Origin: Monocercomonoides exilis PA203
Lineage: Eukaryota > Protista > Preaxostyla
Direction: 5' to 3'
Assembly: GCA_001643675.2 (NCBI GenBank)
Contig: LSRY02000003.1
Location: 2,170,001 to 2,234,000, forward strand
Length of the DNA stretch: 64,000 nt
Part shown: positions 59,324-64,000 of the stretch, piece after piece
How positions within the stretch are numbered: position 1 is the stretch's first letter
Layout: each line of letters opens with the position of its first letter
Program-made: the position numbers and the translations under genes
The notes under the pieces: model-generated
Told to the model about the DNA's origin: nothing
The model's database searches: none
What the model saw: the letters and a program-made list of their open reading frames with translations, nothing else

Positions 59324-62300
59324 TAAAGAATGAGGAAAAGAAGAACAATTTGAAGAAGAAGAAGAAGAAGAAGAAGATAGTGATGTAGAGATATGAAAAG
59401 AAAATGGTATTAAAGTCAAGATAGATGCATGAAATGAAAGAGAAGATAATCATTGAACGAAATTCACCATTTAATGCAAATTGTTTCAAAATAAATGCAA
59501 AAATATAAAAACACTTTAAAAAAGAACTCAAAAAGTGTAATGAAACAACGATCACATTACAAAATTCTTTTCTTTCTCTTTCTCTTTCTCTCTCTCAATA
59601 AAACAAACAAACAAATAAATAAATAAAATACTTAATTCATCCTTTCTATCAAACCTGTCTTTCTCTCTTAACCCCATCGATTGTATACTCCCATCTTCCT
59701 TTTGTCCTTTCTTTCTCTTCCACCCTCTCGTTGTACTTCAAATCTCTCAAAAGCATCTCGGCATCTGCAATTGGATCCTTCGAATGAAGCTGCTTGCTCA
59801 GTGTGGCGATCGCTTCGGGTGAAAAATCCTGAGAGGGAAGAATGAGAGAAGGGAAGGGAAGGGAAGGGAAGTGAAAGGAAGGGAATGGAAGAGAAAGAAT
59901 GAAATGGATGATGTTTCATTTATAAACACACAAAGAAAGAAAGAAAGATGATCATAAGAATATGAAATAATAATTAAAAAATGATATAATTAAAAGAAAT
60001 AATCGAAAATACAAAAGCATAATAACGAATAAACATCAACTCCATGACTTCACTAAACAGAAATAGCACAACCTTCAGCTTGTCCACGTTCCGAGCAGCC
60101 AATGCTCTCTGCATCTTCGAATTCATCAGCATCGTTGCCGTCTGCACAATTGGATCATTCTCATCCACACTCACACTCACACTCACATCTCCATTTCTGT
60201 TGATTTCACTTCCTTCTTCTCTTTCTCTTCTTTCTCCTTCTCTTTCTCCTTCTCCTCTTCCTTCTCTTCCAGATACACTTCCCATTGTCATCCCTCTCTC
60301 TTTCGCCTGTCTCACAGCAGAAAGAGGTGGAAGCACCATTCTTCTGCTTCTTCCGCCTCCGCCAGCAGATGAAGCTCTTATTTGAGAAGAAGAAGAAGAA
60401 GAAGAAATATCAGAAAATGTATTGAAATTGGTATTATTGTTCTTCAGTCTGTCAGTTGCCTCCCACACAATCTCATCTGAATCATCAGAAGCAAACGGGT
60501 TGGTGAAGCGAGGAGTGAATTGGGTTTGATTTTGACTCAAATTTTGTGTTTGTGTTTGTGTTTGGCCTTGGAAGAGAGGGAAGTCTCGGCCAACAGGACG
60601 GCCTGGAGTGAATGTGGAAGAAGAAGAAGAAGAAGAAGAGGAGGAGGAGGAGGAAGGAGAAGAAGGACGACGAAGAGCTGGGAGTTGTTGTCTTGAGGCT
60701 GATGATGGACGTTGTGATTCTTCTTCAATGAAATGTCAATGTTATGTTGAAATGGATAAATAAACAAAGAAGAAGAAGAAAGAAGGAAATAAATAAATCA
60801 ATAAAAAATAAATAAATATCAAAACATTGTCAAAAAAAAAAAAACCAAATCTATTCAAAAGCATACGACGTAATGTTCCATCGACACTTTGAGCAAGCGG
60901 GCGCAGGCGAGCGGTGTGTGTGGGTGAAATGCCGTAGAAGAGAGAAGTGGGAGGGGTGGAGAGGAGCCTGGCAGTGGAGGAAGGAGACATCGGGGTGAGC
61001 TGGGAAGAGCGGGAGGTGATTGGCTGAAGAGAGGAGGAGGATGGAGTTGGGTTGGATAAAGTGACTGAGAAGAGGTGAAGGAAGGATATGAGAGGAGGAG
61101 GAGGAATAGATAAATGAAAGTAATAGAAGAGAGGAAGAAATAAATGAAATAATGCATTATGTTTCAAAATATAAATAAAAAAAAAGAAAGAAAAAGAAAA
61201 ATACAGTTCAATTCCATCTCTCAAAGCATTTAACACATTATTCACATTTTACATCAATCACAAAAATTCAAATCATCTCCAAACCTCCGCTCAAGTTCGG
61301 CCTCCTGACCTTCATAGCAGTCGCAGGTGTCTTTGACGATCTGCTCATCGTCATCTGCATCTGTGTTGTCGCCATCGACGTGAATGTGTCACCTCCCTTC
61401 CCTTCACCTGCCCCTCTCATTTTTCCTCCCCGCATCGTCCCAAACACAAACGGGATATGCCGCTGCTCTCTCATATCGGCTGCCGCCTCGCTCATGCTGT
61501 CCTTCGCTAGCAGAGCTTCTCTTAAAAGCCCAACTTCTGCTGAGCCGTGCACTTCAAACGAATGCGGCTCAAAGCCAAACTGGCTCATGTCCAGGCTGAA
61601 CTGCGCGGACGCGGTCGACGAGCTGGTCGGCAAGTACTTCACTTTGATCTCCACATACCCTTCGCCTGGGATTGTTCCTTCGGTCGGAGAAATATCGATG
61701 TCTGCATGCGGTCTGACTGAAGTGATGGAATAATCAAAAGAAACTGGCAGCTCATTTACAAGGCGGTATGATTTGAAAAGCCTAAATTTTTTTTATAAAT
61801 ATCGCAAATACCGTCGAACCAAAAAAGAATATGGTGAAAAACATACTTTTCCCCCAGTGGACAGATGCCAAAATCGATTATGCGTGGAAGTAACTGTCCA
61901 GTAAATACTGGATATGCATGTATTGGTACGTGAAATGCCTATTGACAATTAAAAACATAAATAAAATAGTTACAGAAAACTTGCAATGCAAACATCCACA
62001 GGTGTTCTTATCTTAATTTGATCCATAAAATATCGAAATTCTGTTGGTAAAAATGAAACAGTCACAGTTACCCCAAGCTCAGGAGGCAAATACTCCTTTT
62101 TTCCAAATGTAAATTGAAGGGTTCATCAAATATCGCGAAACAAAGAGTTAGATTCGAAAATAAAGAAAAATGCAAATATTTGATAAAATAGTTAAAACCT
62201 TTTTTGTATATTTTATTGAAAAAAATCTCGTTTCTGGTTGCAAAATATCAAAGCGAATATTGCTTTGACTTTTGTTTGATACAACAAATTTTAAGGTCAT

Positions 62301-62447
62301 AGCCTCATTCAAGCGATCAATTTTGAAATGAAGAGTTTTCGGCTGAACGAGAAGTGCATCGCTTTCAGATTGCCGTGAGTAATCATAAAGATCTAATGGA
62401 TTGAGAACGTTTGAGTGAATTGCAGAGTAAGAATTTATTTGGGCCAT
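54716..62447 (-). CDS. CFAP221: Cilia- and flagella-associated protein 221 (PCDP1) homologue, multi-exon
   Basis: The spliced N-terminus reads VQPKTLHF..ILQPETRFFSIKYTKK|EYLPPELGVTVTVSFLPTEFRYFMDQIKI..|AFHVPIHAYPV..LPRIIDFG.CPLGE|..PVSFDYSIT..ISPTEGTIPGEG..SQFGFEP, matching the tandem ASH/Ig-like domains of CFAP221. RRFRGAANTVIVQMR occurs later. The last intron is in phase 1 and joins to the 54716 frame. Middle exon borders are not fully resolved. Confidence 0.82.
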
Positions 62448-62939
62448 GAAATACTCTTTAAAAATCACCAAACGGAATAAAACCATTATATCATTTTAAA
62501 TAAATTTTTTATTTATTTAAAAAAAAAGAAAAATTTAACCCATCTTTAAACTATCTGTTATAATAACACATAAATGTGATAAAATAATTCTCGAAACATT
62601 TACAAAAAAACTTATTATTCATAGAAAAAGTTTCCTCAAAAAATTTGTAACATCAATAAAAATATCTCGCACTCAATCTCAAACAATAACCAGACATAAA
62701 AAATTACATAATTTCAAGTTCGAAGAAAAGAAACTTGAAATTTTCACAAAACACTTTTATTCACGAAAAAGGGTTAACATTGTCTGGTCATTCTGAGAGA
62801 ATGTTTTCATTCTGTAAAAGTATTCCAATAAAAGTTGAAAAAAATAAATGATAATAAATTCATCTAAAAAACATCAATAACACAATAAAACTAAAACAAA
62901 TTTGCTAAACATAATCAAAATGTCAAAAAAAACTCGAAT

Positions 62940-63530
62940 TTATTGCTCCTTTGCTTCGCAGATTTTTTGGAAATTATCAAATTCTTTGCTAACATCAAAA
63001 TAACATGAAAACTTAATGCTTTCTAGGAAAAGAAGTTCTGAACTATTGATGTCTGAAAGTGGAACACCAACAACAGTGCTCCACCATTTATTTGTAAGAG
63101 GTTGATCTCTCTCAAGTTTTAGTGAAACCAAGAGAGACATTGCAACAAGAGTACCAACGGTTTTGAATGTCACAATTCCCGGCGCTAAATTATCAGAATC
63201 AAGCAAATTATGTAGAAGAGATACTGCGCAACACAATTCCAATGAATCAAAGTTTGCATATTCTCTGACAAACATTAAAAAGTGACAAATTTGAAGAGAC
63301 AAGCTTTGAGATGTATCTGAAATAGAATCATTGGAATATAAACGAAGTGTTGCAACAGAATAATCCACTTCACCATCAGGCAATAATCTTTTGTATAATG
63401 CTGCTGCAAATATCTTTCCGAGATGTTGTGAGACTTTTTTGACAAATTCATCTTGAACTAGATGTTTTCTCCGAATCTTTTTTGAAAAAGGAGGAACAAC
63501 AACAGCATGCGCCAAGGAGTTGGACTCCAT
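62940..63530 (-). CDS. Cyclin, PHO80/cyclin-U-like single cyclin box
   Basis: LVAMSLLVSLKLERDQPLTNKWWSTVVGVPLSDINSSELLFLESIKF resembles the K..DD....N..WA.V.G....E.N..E..FL..L.F cyclin-box pattern. First ATG at 63530. Confidence 0.72.
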   Translation of the reverse strand: MESNSLAHAVVVPPFSKKIRRKHLVQDEFVKKVSQHLGKIFAAALYKRLLPDGEVDYSVATLRLYSNDSISDTSQSLSLQICHFLMFVREYANFDSLELCCAVSLLHNLLDSDNLAPGIVTFKTVGTLVAMSLLVSLKLERDQPLTNKWWSTVVGVPLSDINSSELLFLESIKFSCYFDVSKEFDNFQKICEAKEQ

Positions 63531-63795
63531 AATCTCGCAACAAAATAATTGAAATTCGAGACAGCTTTTTTTTTTATTGATTTCTTCCCATAATATTCCT
63601 TTCAATTATAAATAAATAAAAACAGTCAATTGTTTTGTTCGTGTTCTCATAACAAAAAATAATTAATTGTTGCAATGACTAGAAATAGGAAATAAGTGTG
63701 GAAGAAAAGTCAAATAAAGAAGCCAAATTGGTGCTGATGAAGTGAATTATACAAAAACAATTAAAATGAAAAATTATTAATTTAGAACAGTTTCA

Positions 63796-63978
63796 TTATT
63801 TGTTTTGAAATGACTTACTCATTGTCTCCTCCTTTTTCAGCTGCTGATCAAATTTATGTAGCCTTTCACGCAGCTCTGTGATGATTTTTATTTTGGTTCC
63901 AAGGATTGTATCCAATCGAGAAACATAGTCATCAATAGAAGAACCAGGCGATTCAACGTCATTCAGCAGAGCCATTTC
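63796..63978 (-). CDS. Terminal exon of a kinesin-13 family motor (gene continues beyond the window)
   Basis: After a TAG acceptor: EMALLNDVESPGSSIDDYVSRLDTILGTKIKIITELRERLHKFDQQLKKEETMSKSFQNK*. This resembles the conserved kinesin-13 C-terminal coiled coil (EM.LL..V..PG....Y...L...L..K......L...L..F...L.E.E..S). Confidence 0.72.
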   Translation of the reverse strand, partial: EMALLNDVESPGSSIDDYVSRLDTILGTKIKIITELRERLHKFDQQLKKEETMSKSFQNK

Positions 63979-64000
63979 CTATAAAAAATGTATTTCAAAG

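Noticed and set aside
54716-61654. Separate genes for ORFs 54716-55276, 55390-58131, 58210-59010, 59974-60540 and 61268-61654
   Set aside because: They are on the same strand, separated by AT-rich intron-like gaps, and best read as exons of one CFAP221 gene.
1-64000. Non-standard genetic code (TAA/TAG read as Gln, as in some metamonads)
   Set aside because: Conserved genes end at TAA at the expected positions (SAHH, Sec61-gamma) and long ORFs are open under the standard code.

Overview
AT-rich eukaryotic protist DNA with spliceosomal introns, the standard genetic code, many poly-Ser/(TCT)n tracts and a flagellar gene. The style suggests an oxymonad such as Monocercomonoides (inference only). 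The left flank holds housekeeping genes: a SWR1/SRCAP-type split ATPase (open from the window edge), a DHX34-like DEAH helicase, a two-exon Sec61-gamma missed by the ORF track, and SAH hydrolase. The right flank holds a multi-exon CFAP221/PCDP1, a PHO80-like cyclin and the last exon of a kinesin-13. Between them, bracketed by clusters of foldback/MITE-like elements (16.7-19.6 kb and 53.4-54.1 kb), lies a ~32 kb quasi-palindromic locus (about 20050-52235). It contains eight copies (A+, B+, C-, D-, E+, F-, G+, H-) of a GGA[ILV]/FxxC right-handed beta-helix (Pmp-like) surface-protein module. Only the two outermost, inward-facing copies (A, H) have an ATG and a signal peptide. The six inner copies are leaderless but have open reading frames, and only D carries a long downstream extension. 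The copies are sequence mosaics of each other, with sharply bounded identical tracts. Four 5' flank types each occur twice, once per strand, joined to permuted 3' ends. This fits a cassette-based diversification locus (gene conversion plus inversion, antigenic-variation-like), but a decaying gene-family cluster cannot be excluded from sequence alone. The locus also carries two copies of a ~180 bp fragment of the neighbouring SWR1 gene. All alignments were made by eye.
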